This document shows positions 26,525 to 38,233 of a DNA stretch of 64,000 bases, piece after piece; position 1 is the first letter of the stretch; each line of letters begins with the position of its first letter. The stretch lies in assembly GCA_964106915.2 (NCBI GenBank), contig OZ066919.1; one strand, written 5' to 3'. Source of the stretch: Podarcis gaigeae. Lineage: Eukaryota. The position numbers and the translations under genes were made by a program. The notes under the pieces are model-generated. The model was given only the letters and a program-made list of their open reading frames with translations, made no database searches and was not told the origin of the DNA.

Positions 26525-26679
26525 GTAAGGCGTAGTACTATAAACTTCACTATGAAATTCAAGGATTTGGAAGGAACTCAGGTATTAACAGTGCCTTTGG
26601 GTGGGGTTGTGTAGGTTCTTTGGTTAATGTTTGTTTATTTTGTCTGTTTCTTTTTCTTCATTTCTACACATTCATGCAG

Positions 26680-26737
26680 TATTTCATGGTTCTAACAAAG
26701 CAGCAGTAAAAAACACTTGACGCATGAAAATTAACTG
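26680..26737 (+). other. SRSF11: Candidate 58-nt SRSF11 poison cassette exon
   Basis: Long pyrimidine tract + CAG, CTG|GTGAGG donor; in-frame TGA at 26718-26720. Confidence 0.5.
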
Positions 26738-27069
26738 GTGAGGGGCCTCATTGCTTTTTTAAAAATTGTAGTTTTATTTCTGAATAACTTTTTTCCTAAA
26801 AATGAGAGGATCAGATGCATGACTACTTAATGGATGCAGATCTTCTATGAGGTGTCTCAGGATAAGAGGATTTTTAGTTAGATGCCAGAAATGTTATAGT
26901 TGCACTATTTGTGTGTAAACATAAATAATATCCTCTGAGACATAATTTTGCATGCAAAATTATCCCATAATCTCTATAGATAATGTTTATATTGATGCAT
27001 TAATGCCCTGTATCTAAATGACCTTCCCCCCTTTTCCCACCATAACTTTTGGTATTGAAATTATGACAG

Positions 27070-27095
27070 CTCAGTGACAGAAGAAAGATAACAGT
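27070..27095 (+). other. SRSF11: 5' part of a candidate SRSF11 poison exon that runs into an N block
   Basis: About 88 nt AG-free zone with C/T tract, then GACAG acceptor; reads G|CT CAG TGA, i.e. an immediate stop; purine-rich enhancer-like GAAGAAAGA. Confidence 0.55.
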
Positions 27096-27347
27096 NNNNN
27101 NNNNNNNNNNNNNNNNNNNNNNNNNNNNNNNNNNNNNNNNNNNNNNNNNNNNNNNNNNNNNNNNNNNNNNNNNNNNNNNNNNNNNNNNNNNNNNNNNNNN
27201 NNNNNNNNNNNNNNNNNNNNNNNNNNNNNNNNNNNNNNNNNNNNNNNNNNNNNNNNNNNNNNNNNNNNNNNNNNNNNNNNNNNNNNNNNNNNNNNNNNNN
27301 NNNNNNNNNNNNNNNNNNNNNNNNNNNNNNNNNNNNNNNNNNNNNNN
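27096..27347. other. N block (252 nt)
   Basis: Run of n. Confidence 0.99.
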
Positions 27348-27848
27348 TGTATTTCAGAAACGCTACTGGTATTTGCAAATATATAGTACAGTTGTCTTAT
27401 TGAACTCTCATATTGGGGGCTTGGGCACATTAACAGATTAAGCCATACGTATAGGGCTTTTGCTGTTGGATAAATTACAACGATCAACATTACTCTTTGT
27501 CCCACATTGGACCTCTTTAGTAAGGTTATACTCTATTCAGGTCAGGCAGTAAAACTAGTCCCTTGCAGGCTACAAGGCTGCAGAGCAGAAATTTCTTCTG
27601 AAATGGCAATATGCAGCAGCATTCTTGGTATAGTAAGCATGACAAACAGTGGAGCATGTACTTTACTGCACAGGTAAGGAATGTGCCACATTTTAGGCAT
27701 TTACATAAACACATACACATGGACACATATGCAGAACCTTTATTTGAAGCTCTGTGGAGACCTTCATATCCATGTGACATGTCAGCAAAAGCCCTACATT
27801 TTTTCTTACCTTCGCTTAAGATTTACAAAATTGTATGGTAGGTGTAAA

Positions 27849-28092
27849 NNNNNNNNNNNNNNNNNNNNNNNNNNNNNNNNNNNNNNNNNNNNNNNNNNNN
27901 NNNNNNNNNNNNNNNNNNNNNNNNNNNNNNNNNNNNNNNNNNNNNNNNNNNNNNNNNNNNNNNNNNNNNNNNNNNNNNNNNNNNNNNNNNNNNNNNNNNN
28001 NNNNNNNNNNNNNNNNNNNNNNNNNNNNNNNNNNNNNNNNNNNNNNNNNNNNNNNNNNNNNNNNNNNNNNNNNNNNNNNNNNNNNNNNNNNN
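27849..28092. other. N block (244 nt)
   Basis: Run of n. Confidence 0.99.
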
Positions 28093-28354
28093 GTATTGTG
28101 CTATTTTTTATTCTAGAACTTAACCTTTTGTAGAGAAAAAGGAACAGTCAAATTTTCACACATTGAAGTTTCATTCTGGCATACAAATTAATGATAAATT
28201 ATTAAGAGATCAAACATTGTATTATAGCCAACATAAGTACTTGCAGCAAACTCAGGTGGTGTTTCAGGGAGACATTTTCTGGGTGTATTTGTGTGTGTGG
28301 TTTTTTAAAAAATCAGTGGTGAGTGTCTTCTAATGCAAAGATGTCTCTCTGCAG

Positions 28355-28464
28355 GAGTTATTCCTGATGAGACTAAGGCTTTGTCTCTCCTGGCACCAGC
28401 TAACGCTGTGGCAGGTCTTCTGCCGGGGGGTGGACTCCTGCCTACACCCAACCCACTTTCTCAG
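28355..28464 (+). CDS. SRSF11: SRSF11 coding exon 3 (110 nt)
   Basis: GVIPDETKALSLLAPANAVAGLLPGGGLLPTPNPLSQ; CAG / GTAAGT. Confidence 0.97.
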
Positions 28465-30198
28465 GTAAGTATACATCTTACAAGATGTATGCTAGAATGT
28501 ACAACTGCATATATCTGTATTTTCTGAGATAACACCCATTACACCAAAACAGTTAGAAAAAAATGTATAACAGGATTGTGGCAGGTAAGAATCCAGATAA
28601 CCATGCCTCTCATTTTAAAGAACTCTCTGGTTTAAAACTTGATTCATGGTTATGCTTTGAAAGATGTCCCATTTATTCATTAAAATATAAAGTGGGAATA
28701 CATGCCAGGGGTGGGGAGACAAGCAGTTTTTGTAGTTGCAGAAGTGACTTTTGCAGTCTTCTAGGGTGTCCCCACTTCCAGTATAACAGTGCTTCTTCAT
28801 GAGCAGTTAGTTGAGAGGATTAGCTGGCTGCATAACAAGGTTGAAGAAAGACAGTTTTCAGGCAGGCAACAAGAACTATCACACTAACACACAGTGTCAT
28901 ACTGGTAATGCTATTCTTATTTCTCACACAGCCTCCACAATACTTTCCCTGGACAAGGACTGTACTGTGGAGGCTGGAGTTAATGAAAAAAGCTCTCTAG
29001 CTTCAGAAGTCCCAGGAGAGGAGTATTCTAAAAGCTAACTAGAGATTTTCTTCAAAGCTATACAGAAGAAACCTCTGCTGTAGGTTTCAGAAAACTGCTT
29101 TCTTGGGGCTTCCAAAGGTCAATCTAGTCCTGCCCATGTTTTCTTGGATAAAACCCCTAAAATAGGTCTGTAGTCAATAAGTTTAGCAGCGCTAGATCCT
29201 GTCCATAATGGGATCTTGTTAAAAGTGTACAAGTAGTTTTAGTAGGAAGGCCGGCATTGAGCATAGGCTTGACCCTGTGCCATATGGTAGTACGTCTGTT
29301 GCAGGCTAGAATGCCACAGAACCCAGCAACTTAACCCCAGCTGCCTCTTAAACTTATTTTAAACTTATTAGCATGCTGTTGGTTAGACATCCATGAACTA
29401 GGACTGTCACCTGATTAAGTGATTAAACTTTAATTGTACAAGTTGCTGTCAGCTAATCAATTGATTAAATCTGCACCTGCATAGATGAGTAGTTCTTAAG
29501 AAGCAGAGCATGTTTTATGTATCAGGTTACTTGGAAGTAAGTCCCAATGATACAATTAATCTGCTTGGAAGTGCACATTGTGACTCCTTGCCTTGGTGGC
29601 AGGGTGGTTTACTCGTCCTCTTTCCTTTAAAGACAACAATTTCAACAAGTGAGGTGAAGGCTAGAAGTTGCACCAGTTATGTGTCACATGCATGCATCTT
29701 TCCTTCTATCACCTGTGGATTGGAGAGGAGGGAAATGTCAAACATTAATTTCTAAAGTCAATCAGGGACTTAACTAATTTGAAAATCTTAAATCGATTAA
29801 TTGGGTTAATTAATCGAACTTTGCATTCCTAACTAGGACACACATGCTAGATAACAGGGAGTGATAGTATATATGCTTTGCAGAAAGCTCAGATTCAATC
29901 CCCAGAATCACTATTCAGGTAGCAGATAACAGGAAATACGTTTTCATATGCTGGAGAGCTGCTATGATTTAGCGTAGAAAATGCTAGGTTAGAATTATAG
30001 CAGTCTTACCCCTGTATAAGTCAGCTTCCTATGTCGCTTCATATTAATGTGCTGCAAGTCATTTTACATCAGTACTTGAACATTATGCAGAACAGTTCAA
30101 AACTATTCCTTGCCTTGTGCAGATGGTGGAAACTGTTTTCCTGATTGTAAATTCTGGTATAATATGCTGTGTACTTCTATTGATTCTCTTTATTATAG

Positions 30199-30291
30199 AT
30201 TGGTGCTGTTCCCTTGGCTGCTTTAGGAGCTCCAACTCTTGACCCAGCCCTGGCTGCTCTAGGGCTTCCTGGAGCAAATTTAAACTCACAG
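30199..30291 (+). CDS. SRSF11: SRSF11 coding exon 4 (93 nt)
   Basis: IGAVPLAALGAPTLDPALAALGLPGANLNSQ; TAG / GTATAT. Confidence 0.96.
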
Positions 30292-31550
30292 GTATATTGC
30301 TTGTGTTACATTCACATACACTTAAGTTTATTTTTAATTTGTGAATTTAACAAGGGGGGGGATAAAAAATTATAAGCATAATTTATTGAAAATGAAAAAT
30401 ATTATTAATGTATACCATCATCAGTGCACCTTAAGGGTATGGTAACCATCAGTACAGCCATCTTGTTTCAGTAATCCAAATAGGTACCCACACAAAATTG
30501 GTGTCTGTAAGACATATGTTCAGATATAGCCAGGGCAGCGAGGTCCTCAGACCATTGCATGCAGATAGCAGGTGTTTATCCTTTAAGGCTTGCAATATAA
30601 GTCTTTCAGCAACTAAGGACTCACAAGTATTCATTTTTTGCTTGTGCCTTTAATTTCTGTACTGTGGGAATATAATTTCATAGTACATGAGCATCTGCAA
30701 ATATAACATATTTTGCCACTACAAACTTGATATGGACAGCAACTTCAGACCACTGGAGAAGTTCATACCATATGTCTCAATGAGGTATTTTCAGCATTAC
30801 ACCTCCATCCAGCATTATCTGTAATAGGCAATGCCTTCCTTTACAGATCTTGTAGAGTGCAGCATACCTGGAATATTAATTTTTGCTGTATCAATCTCAA
30901 TTTCAAATCTAAAGAAACATTCCATATTGATTTTGAAGCATTTTTTATTTGTTTAGGCTCTACTATATATGGTTTTGGACACTATATACTGCTTTGATCT
31001 AGAATTTAATGAAACTGATACTTAACCAAGAACATTCATCAATGAGTTAAATATGATTTTACATCAAGCATTACACCTCCAGTATAAAAATTACAATAAT
31101 TAGTCTTTATATTATTTCTATAGATTTGTAGCTATCTCCCCAAGCCCCATTTGTTTAGAGACTCCATGAAATTTACATTTGTTTAGTCCTGCAGGCTTCA
31201 AACTGTGTTTTTTAACATCATGAAAATGCAAGATTTGAGATACAGTGTCATTGATACCCAACACTATTCCTCCATTTCATATAATTCAGATGAAACAGTT
31301 GATTTGTTAAATCTTTATCTCAGCCCAGTAATGGATCAGGGCCTATAAAGCTCAATCTGGACAAAACATTTGGTGAAACTTTGGTCTTTATCATTACTCA
31401 TGTTCATATGACCCATTTGATATATAAAACACAGGGTAGCACTACCCACTGGCAGAGCTTCTTGTTGTATTTATTTTATTTTGCTTTAAAAGTTTTATTT
31501 GATTGAGATTTTCTTAAATAAATGAAATGGATTGTGTGTTTAAAATCGTA

Positions 31551-31719
31551 CAGTCATATCTCAGGTTACGAACACTGCGGGTTGCGCGTTTTCAGGTTGC
31601 AGACTGCGCCAAACCCGGAAGTACCGGAACAGGTTACTTCTGGGTTTCAACGCATGTACAGAAGCGGGTTGCGAACGTGCCTCCCGCACGGATTGCGTTC
31701 ACAACTCGAGGTATGACTG
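31551..31719. mobile_element. Tc1/mariner MITE
   Basis: TIRs CAGTCATATCTC/GAGGTATGACTG; TA on the left side. Confidence 0.75.
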
Positions 31720-32771
31720 AATTAATGTGGCCTGTCCTCAAAGCCAAAGTTTTGCAACAGTTAGTTATTGTTACTTCATCAGCATATTCTGTATTATGAA
31801 CTCTTACTCATTCTCTTTAGGGGTTCTCTCTACTCAAACAGGGCATCACGCAGGCAAGCTCTATATTTATATCTATGGTCAATTGACCCCCACTATCCTA
31901 TTTCCTAGTGTGGCTAGATTTGATTAGATTTGCTTACCTTTAAAAATTTTGCAGATGAAAATTGCTGGAATCTTTAGAGTCGCATACCTATCTATTATAA
32001 AGGTTATGTAGAAAACTTGTAATCCGGAGCAAAATTTCTAAAGTGTGAGTCTCAGTAAACTCAGTGCAACTGATTTCACACTAAACAGATTAGGATTATG
32101 TTGCACTGGCTAACTTTAAAAGCCCATAGCTATCCATCATTGGAGTTCACACTTGGGGGTAACACAACTACTACGCAACTATCCACCTTGGAGACTAGCT
32201 ATATAAGAACTTTTGACCTGTAGCCAAGCTTAATATATAATTTAGCTTGTAAAATAAAACTATAGGCACAATTGAGAATTAAATGTGCATTGCAACTTTA
32301 AAATCTAACATTACGGACAAAAACCACATCTGTCAGTTAGATTAAAGTACCATTAATGTTTAGAAAACAATTGCTACAAACATAGCACAAGTTTAGCTTC
32401 GCTCTTTTCACTCAACAGCTTAACTGTTAAACCCTTGGCATTTTAAACAAACAGTAAAATAAAGACCAGTTCTTCAGCAAACTGGACGCTCTCAATCAAT
32501 GCAGCTGAGAATTAAGTGCTGACATTAACCACTACAGGTCAGAAAGAAAATTGCTGTTCTATGCCTGGAACACTGTGACCCTATCAGACAACATTAGGTG
32601 ACTACTTCCATGAGACAGAGAATTTTTTTTTGCATATTCGCTTCTTTAATCTGCAAATGTCTGCTCATTTGGGTTAGATTTAGGGGCTGTTTGGATATTC
32701 TTTCCTTCCCTTCCGCAAATTTTCGACTTCTTTCAATGTTAAAAGCAATTTTTGATTAATTTTCTTTACAG

Positions 32772-32821
32772 TCTCTTGCAGCAGATCAACTACTAAAGCT
32801 TATGAGCACAGTGGATCCAAA
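32772..32821 (+). CDS. SRSF11: SRSF11 coding exon 5 (50 nt)
   Basis: SLAADQLLKLMSTVDPK; CAG / GTAAGT. Confidence 0.95.
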
Positions 32822-33800
32822 GTAAGTTTCAATTTTGATGTTTAAACTGTATCATATTATAAAATAAATTTATAGGACACTTCATATGCTTAAAGCCATT
32901 GAAGCAGTGTAAAAGATAAAAAGAGAGTAAAACACACCTGGAGAATGGCAGTGCATGCACATCATGATAAACCATAGTTAATGGTTTACTGTGTACTTAT
33001 GATTTTCCAACTGCTTCTCTCCACAAGTCTGAGTGGGAGTAGCAAACCATAATCCCTGGTTTAGCATTACATCCAAATAAAGGATCATGGTTTATTTGGG
33101 TGAAGCAAACCATGATTCTCAGTTCAGATGTAGCGCTAAGCCAGGGATCATGCTTTGCTTTTCCATTCACACTACAGGAGAGAAGAGCAAATTGGGAGCT
33201 GTCTTGGCATTCATGATAAACCATTAACTATGGGGCAGTGTGATCCATGCTCCTAGGAAACGGAGGTCAGTTTGTAGAGAGCCTCTAGAGTATTTTTATT
33301 GTGGAAGCCAACATCTTTTATTACAGAGGAAGCAACATTTTTTAATGCTGTTGCGGATCCAAGGCCTATTACGTTGCCAGTTCTTATCTTGTCTTTTTGC
33401 TTTTAATGCTTATATTGAAGTTTTGATTTTGTATTTTTGGTCAATTGAGTTGAATATACGTACTAGCTACCTATTCATCCAGATTTGGATAAACAGAGAT
33501 GGGGAGCAGGACCCACTCTATTGGTTTTACTAAGATGCTTCTCTTCCTTTGGTTTTTTTCTCTCCCGACACGATTTTAATCCCAACTGCATACAAACTTT
33601 GAAACTTTTAGAATTAGTGCCCATGTTTGAATGAGCCATCAATCAAATGTTTTCTTATCATCACTTTTTCCTTTTGTGTTGTGTCGTGTTATGAGCCTAT
33701 GGGTGGGGACTCCTGTTTTATTAATCATCTGTCAGTTCCTTTGTTACCATTTTCAAAAGAAGAAGGGAGTAAAAATAAATGATATATTTTTGGTTTCTAG

Positions 33801-33928
33801 GCTGAACCATGTAGCTGCAGGTCTCGTTTCACCAAGTCTGAAAACAGATACCTCCAGTAAAGAAATAGAAGAAGCCATGAAACGAGTACGAGAAGCACAA
33901 TCCCTGATTTCTGCTGCTATAGAGCCAG
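33801..33928 (+). CDS. SRSF11: SRSF11 coding exon 6 (128 nt)
   Basis: LNHVAAGLVSPSLKTDTSSKEIEEAMKRVREAQSLISAAIEP; TAG / GTAAAC. Confidence 0.96.
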
Positions 33929-34039
33929 GTAAACTGATCTTGACTGTCTTTCTTGTATTACAAAAACTACTTGTTGTTAGAATGCCAATGACATCACATT
34001 CTGCAGGATGGTAAGAATGGGGGCATGGGATTGAGAAGA

Positions 34040-34850
34040 GCTCCAAGAGATCTATCCAATGTCAATGAATGGGCAATGAATTGTCAAATGCTGTTCAGTG
34101 GAAGAAAGTATAAAGTGAGATGAATTGGTGCTATCTTTGTCCATATGCTGATGGGTTCTGAACTGGCAATGGCTGACCTGAAAAGATATTATGTAGTTGT
34201 TGTGAGTAGCTCCATGAAAAAGATCAACTCAGCATGCAACAGTTATGAAAGGCAAATTTTGTGTTACGAATAGTTTGGAAAAAGAGACCATAATGATTTC
34301 ATACACCTGTGGTGTCACCACACTTGGAAGACTGTACAGCCCTAGTCTCAAAAAAGGATATCATAGAGCAGAAAAACATGATGCCCATCAAAATGGGCAG
34401 TTCTTCTACAAAGATATATGATGTATGGAAATCTGGTTTAGCAAAAACGATGAATAAGGAAGAATGTGATAGAGGTGTATAACATTTATGCATGAAGTAG
34501 AGTTTTCTTCATTGTGGGGTCATCCAGCAAAACTGAATGCTGGGTGATTCAGGACTGACAAAAGGCGGTACTTCACACGTGGTGATGGCTAGCTACTAAC
34601 TTAGAGGGCTTTAAAGGGCAAATAGATAAATTCGTGGAGGATAAGGATATCAGTGGCTACTTGTCATGATGGATGTATCCTACTTCCTAGATCGGCAGCA
34701 GCATGCTTCTGAAAACACCTCTTGCTAAGTAACACCACCAGGAAGCCTTTTGTTCACATGCCCTGCTTATGGGCTTCTCATAGGAAGCAAATAGACTTCT
34801 GCAGAAGATGGGATCCTGCGCTAAATAAACCTTTGATGTGATCCAGCGTT
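34040..34850 (+). mobile_element. Degenerate CR1 LINE 3' fragment
   Basis: Decayed RT-like text (CACACTTGGAAGACTGTACAG; CATCCAGCAAAACTGAATG; ACAAAAGGCGGTACTTCACAC) and CR1-like tail ending TGATCCAGC. Confidence 0.65.
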
Positions 34851-35131
34851 GAACAAAACTTTGACCTGCTCGTAGATTTTAGGCACTTTGGCTTTAAAAA
34901 AAAATATTTTGAAAGTTCCTCATCTCTTAATGAATGTAAACTTGCAATTTCATAGAATGGTTGTGTTAAAGAATTCAGATGTAGGAATTGATGGTTTTTC
35001 TCTCTTGAGTAAAAAAAACCAAACTCATTCACTTTCAGCTTTTTGTACAGAGTGCCCCCGAAGGTGGGCAGCCAAACATAGATGTCATATGATAATGAAA
35101 GGATTCCAACTTTTTAATATTTTAATTCCAG

Positions 35132-35213
35132 ATAAAAAAGATGACAAGAGAAGGCATTCAAGATCCAGATCACGTTCAAGAAGGAGGAGAACTCCATCTT
35201 CTTCTAGACACAG
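35132..35213 (+). CDS. SRSF11: SRSF11 coding exon 7 (82 nt; start of RS domain)
   Basis: DKKDDKRRHSRSRSRSRRRRTPSSSRHR; CAG / GTAAAA. Confidence 0.96.
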
Positions 35214-35654
35214 GTAAAATTTAGTGAGGTGGGATCATTGACAGTCCAAAATCAAAGTGCTTTAGGATATTTCTCTTATTATGCTCCTTTATAAATATAT
35301 GGCAGTAGAAAAGAGTTTTGTGTATCTAGGATTTGAAAGTCAGTAAAAGGGCAAACTTTTACCAGGTTATGGGTGAAATTACGTTGCACAGAACATGTTC
35401 TCAAACCCTGATTATATCCTTGATTCAACATATTAAGCTGCATTTGTTGAATATTAAAACTAACAATTTAGCATGGTTGATGCTGGAAAGAGTTGCATCA
35501 AAAGATGGCCACAATTATTGTGAAGGTAACTTTTCTAACTTTTAAGGTCAGCTTCATTGAGATAAATTGAGAAGTTATGGGACAACTCAATCACAGTAAG
35601 TAAAGTACGGTACAATACAGTAAGATGAATATTAAATATTGTTCTGTTCAATAG

Positions 35655-35786
35655 ACGGTCAAGAAGCCGATCAAGGAGACGATCTCACTCAAAATCAAGA
35701 AGCAGGAGACGATCTAAAAGTCCTCGGCGACGGAGGTCGCATTCCAGAGAGCGTGTCCGGAGGTCTCGGAGCACATCCAAACCCAG
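35655..35786 (+). CDS. SRSF11: SRSF11 coding exon 8 (132 nt; RS domain)
   Basis: RSRSRSRRRSHSKSRSRRRSKSPRRRRSHSRERVRRSRSTSKP; TAG / GTAATC. Confidence 0.96.
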
Positions 35787-35953
35787 GTAATCTCTAGAAA
35801 CCTAGTACATCCTTCAATACGAAAAGTATCAGAATTACAATCTTGGCTATTAGAAAGTCAGAGCTATAGCTACAGGAGTTTGATAAATTCATTATGCAAG
35901 GACAGAGAGAGAGCTAATCTGCTTGTACCTTTTTTATCTAATTGGTTTTTTAG

Positions 35954-36043
35954 AGACAAAAAGAAAGAAGAGAAAGAGAAGAAACGGTCTAAAACTCCAC
36001 CAAAGAGTTACAGCACAGCCAGACGATCCAGAAGCACAAGCAG
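35954..36043 (+). CDS. SRSF11: SRSF11 coding exon 9 (90 nt)
   Basis: DKKKEEKEKKRSKTPPKSYSTARRSRSTS; TAG / GTGCCG. Confidence 0.95.
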
Positions 36044-36848
36044 GTGCCGTATAATCTTGCATTTACTTTGCAAAAGTAATTGTGCATATCCTGCTGCATC
36101 GGACTGACCAAAAGAGGGTTATATAATATCAAAGAAAAGCATTTTCTTTGAACTACAGGGCTTCACATAACAAAGATAATGTAAATCAAACTTAATGAGT
36201 TCATTTATGTAAGTTTTCACTGTTTTTAGAGCCAGCAGACCCATTTCATGCAGGCATCTTGCAGTCTGAACTGTAGGTAGGCAGGTTGCTCTTTCCTATA
36301 CACATAGCCCCCTTTTACTTTCCATTTCTAAGGAGTAACAGAACCATAGGGTTGTATCTGACACTGCGTGAGCAGAAAGCAAGCTGATGTGAGAGATATT
36401 TACCTTCCCTTCCTCACCCCATACCTTCTCCCCAAAAAGTCTGTCCAAAGGTCAGCTGCCCCCCCCCCCCCAACCAAGGAAGGCGATAGTTAATTCTTTA
36501 TTGACAAAAGCTCGCACTTACAGCAGCTCCTAAGGTGCACCAGAAGCATACAAACGCTTCTAGTGTTTACGTAGCTGGCATTAACTTTCCATGTTTGTGC
36601 CCCAGTGGAGCAGTTGAAGCAACAGTGGGACCATGCACTCTCCCCCCAGACTTAGGTATCCTCATTTGACGGAGTACACACACGCAACCTGAGACTTCTC
36701 TTGCACAGAAGTCGTTGCTGTACCTCCCTCTTCAAGACCCTCCTGGTTCTGTATAGACAACATGGGTATGATGGGAATGTTAAAGTGATACTAAAAAACA
36801 ATGGAGATGTTTATTTGAAGGCATCTTGACTTCTGTTATTAATTACAG

Positions 36849-36944
36849 AGAAAGACGGCGCAGAAGAAGCAGAAGTGGATCTAGGTCACCTAAAAAGCCC
36901 AGGTCTCCCAAGAGAAAGCCGTCCAGGTCTCCTTCACCAAAAAG
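36849..36944 (+). CDS. SRSF11: SRSF11 coding exon 10 (96 nt)
   Basis: ERRRRRSRSGSRSPKKPRSPKRKPSRSPSPK; CAG / GTTTGT. Confidence 0.95.
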
Positions 36945-38233
36945 GTTTGTTTGTTTAACAAATCCATAAACTGTAGACTTCTGCTTTGGGAAGGACACAG
37001 TGAGAAGGCAGCTGTCTCATTGTTGCAAGGAAATCCTTGGAGCATGTTATTTTGTTAATAAGTGTACTTAGATTAGCATGACTGTGGCCATTTGAGCAAA
37101 CAATGGCATATACTGGGATATGTTAAAAGGATTATAGCTTTTATTATGTTATTTTTATAAGTGTTCTTTGTTATATAACATCATGTCAAAATTGGTGACC
37201 ATATAAGTTGTAGAATTTCCTCTTTTTTATATCTGTACACATCTTGGTTTATTTAGTGTCTCCATTGTTGTCCTACTTTATGGTTAATTAGCGGCTAGTG
37301 CCTGATGCTGTCTGTGATTTTTTAGAAACAAAAAATAATTGTGTTTTTGAAAGGAACAGTGTAGTTTGTGAATTGGACCTATCACACCCAAAATTGGGTG
37401 AAATAATTTCTTAGTCTGCCATCTTGATTCAGAATGGCACCCAGAACCCTTGTGGTGATTCTGGTAATGGTAATTTGAGAGGTGGCCGAAGCTATGTCAA
37501 AATGGCCAAAGTCACACTAAAGTGATGTTTCAGTCCACCACCTTGATTCACAATGGTGCCAAGTAGCAACAAAGTCTGCTGTCCCGCCGAAGGAACCCTC
37601 ATGCTAAGTTTGGCAATGATATTGCAAGAAGCAACCAAACCTGTGCCAAAAATTGAAGAAGTGACATTTCTCTCTGCTGACTTGATTTAAAATGTCAACC
37701 AGCATCCAAACATTTACAAAGATCACTATCGCCACTTTGTTTGGCAATGATATCTCAAGAGGCAGCTGCACCAGAACAGAGGGACAGACAAATCCCTTTC
37801 CAAAACATAAAATAGTTTAAAATTTTGGGCTGAGAAGGTATTTTAAAAACTAAAATCAGATTGATAGGAGGGCTTGTTACATTCATTTTAGTGCTTGTAG
37901 CCAATACGGTTGATATTTTTGTGTGAATAATTTGATATACTTCTAAGGAGAGTGGAATTGTTTGGATGGGTTTTAGTAAACTAGCTTTTATAGAATTAAG
38001 GGCAAGAGTAAATTTCTTTAGCTTGAATCTGAATATTACCAACAGATCAGTCCAGCAAAAATCTCACCCCTCGGCAGAACCAGTTTTGGATTTACAGCTT
38101 GCCATAACCATACTTTTTGTTCAAATTTGGCTTCTGGCTACTTGAAGGGGGGCGGGGAGGAGAACTGAAATATTTCACTGATCCTACAAAATGCCTATAT
38201 TTCTCAGTTTCTTGAATTATCTTACTGCCTTAG

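Noticed and set aside
27358-27368. 11-nt AG...GT segment just after the first N block
   Set aside because: Weak donor (GTATTT) and the upstream context is hidden by Ns, so it cannot be assessed.
27061-28133. ORFs of 93-150 aa containing X runs
   Set aside because: Their length comes from the N blocks.
29396-29839. Possible hAT element with GATTAA-rich ends and flanking AACTAGGAC repeats
   Set aside because: Plausible, but TIR and TSD boundaries could not be reconciled, so it is not listed as a feature.
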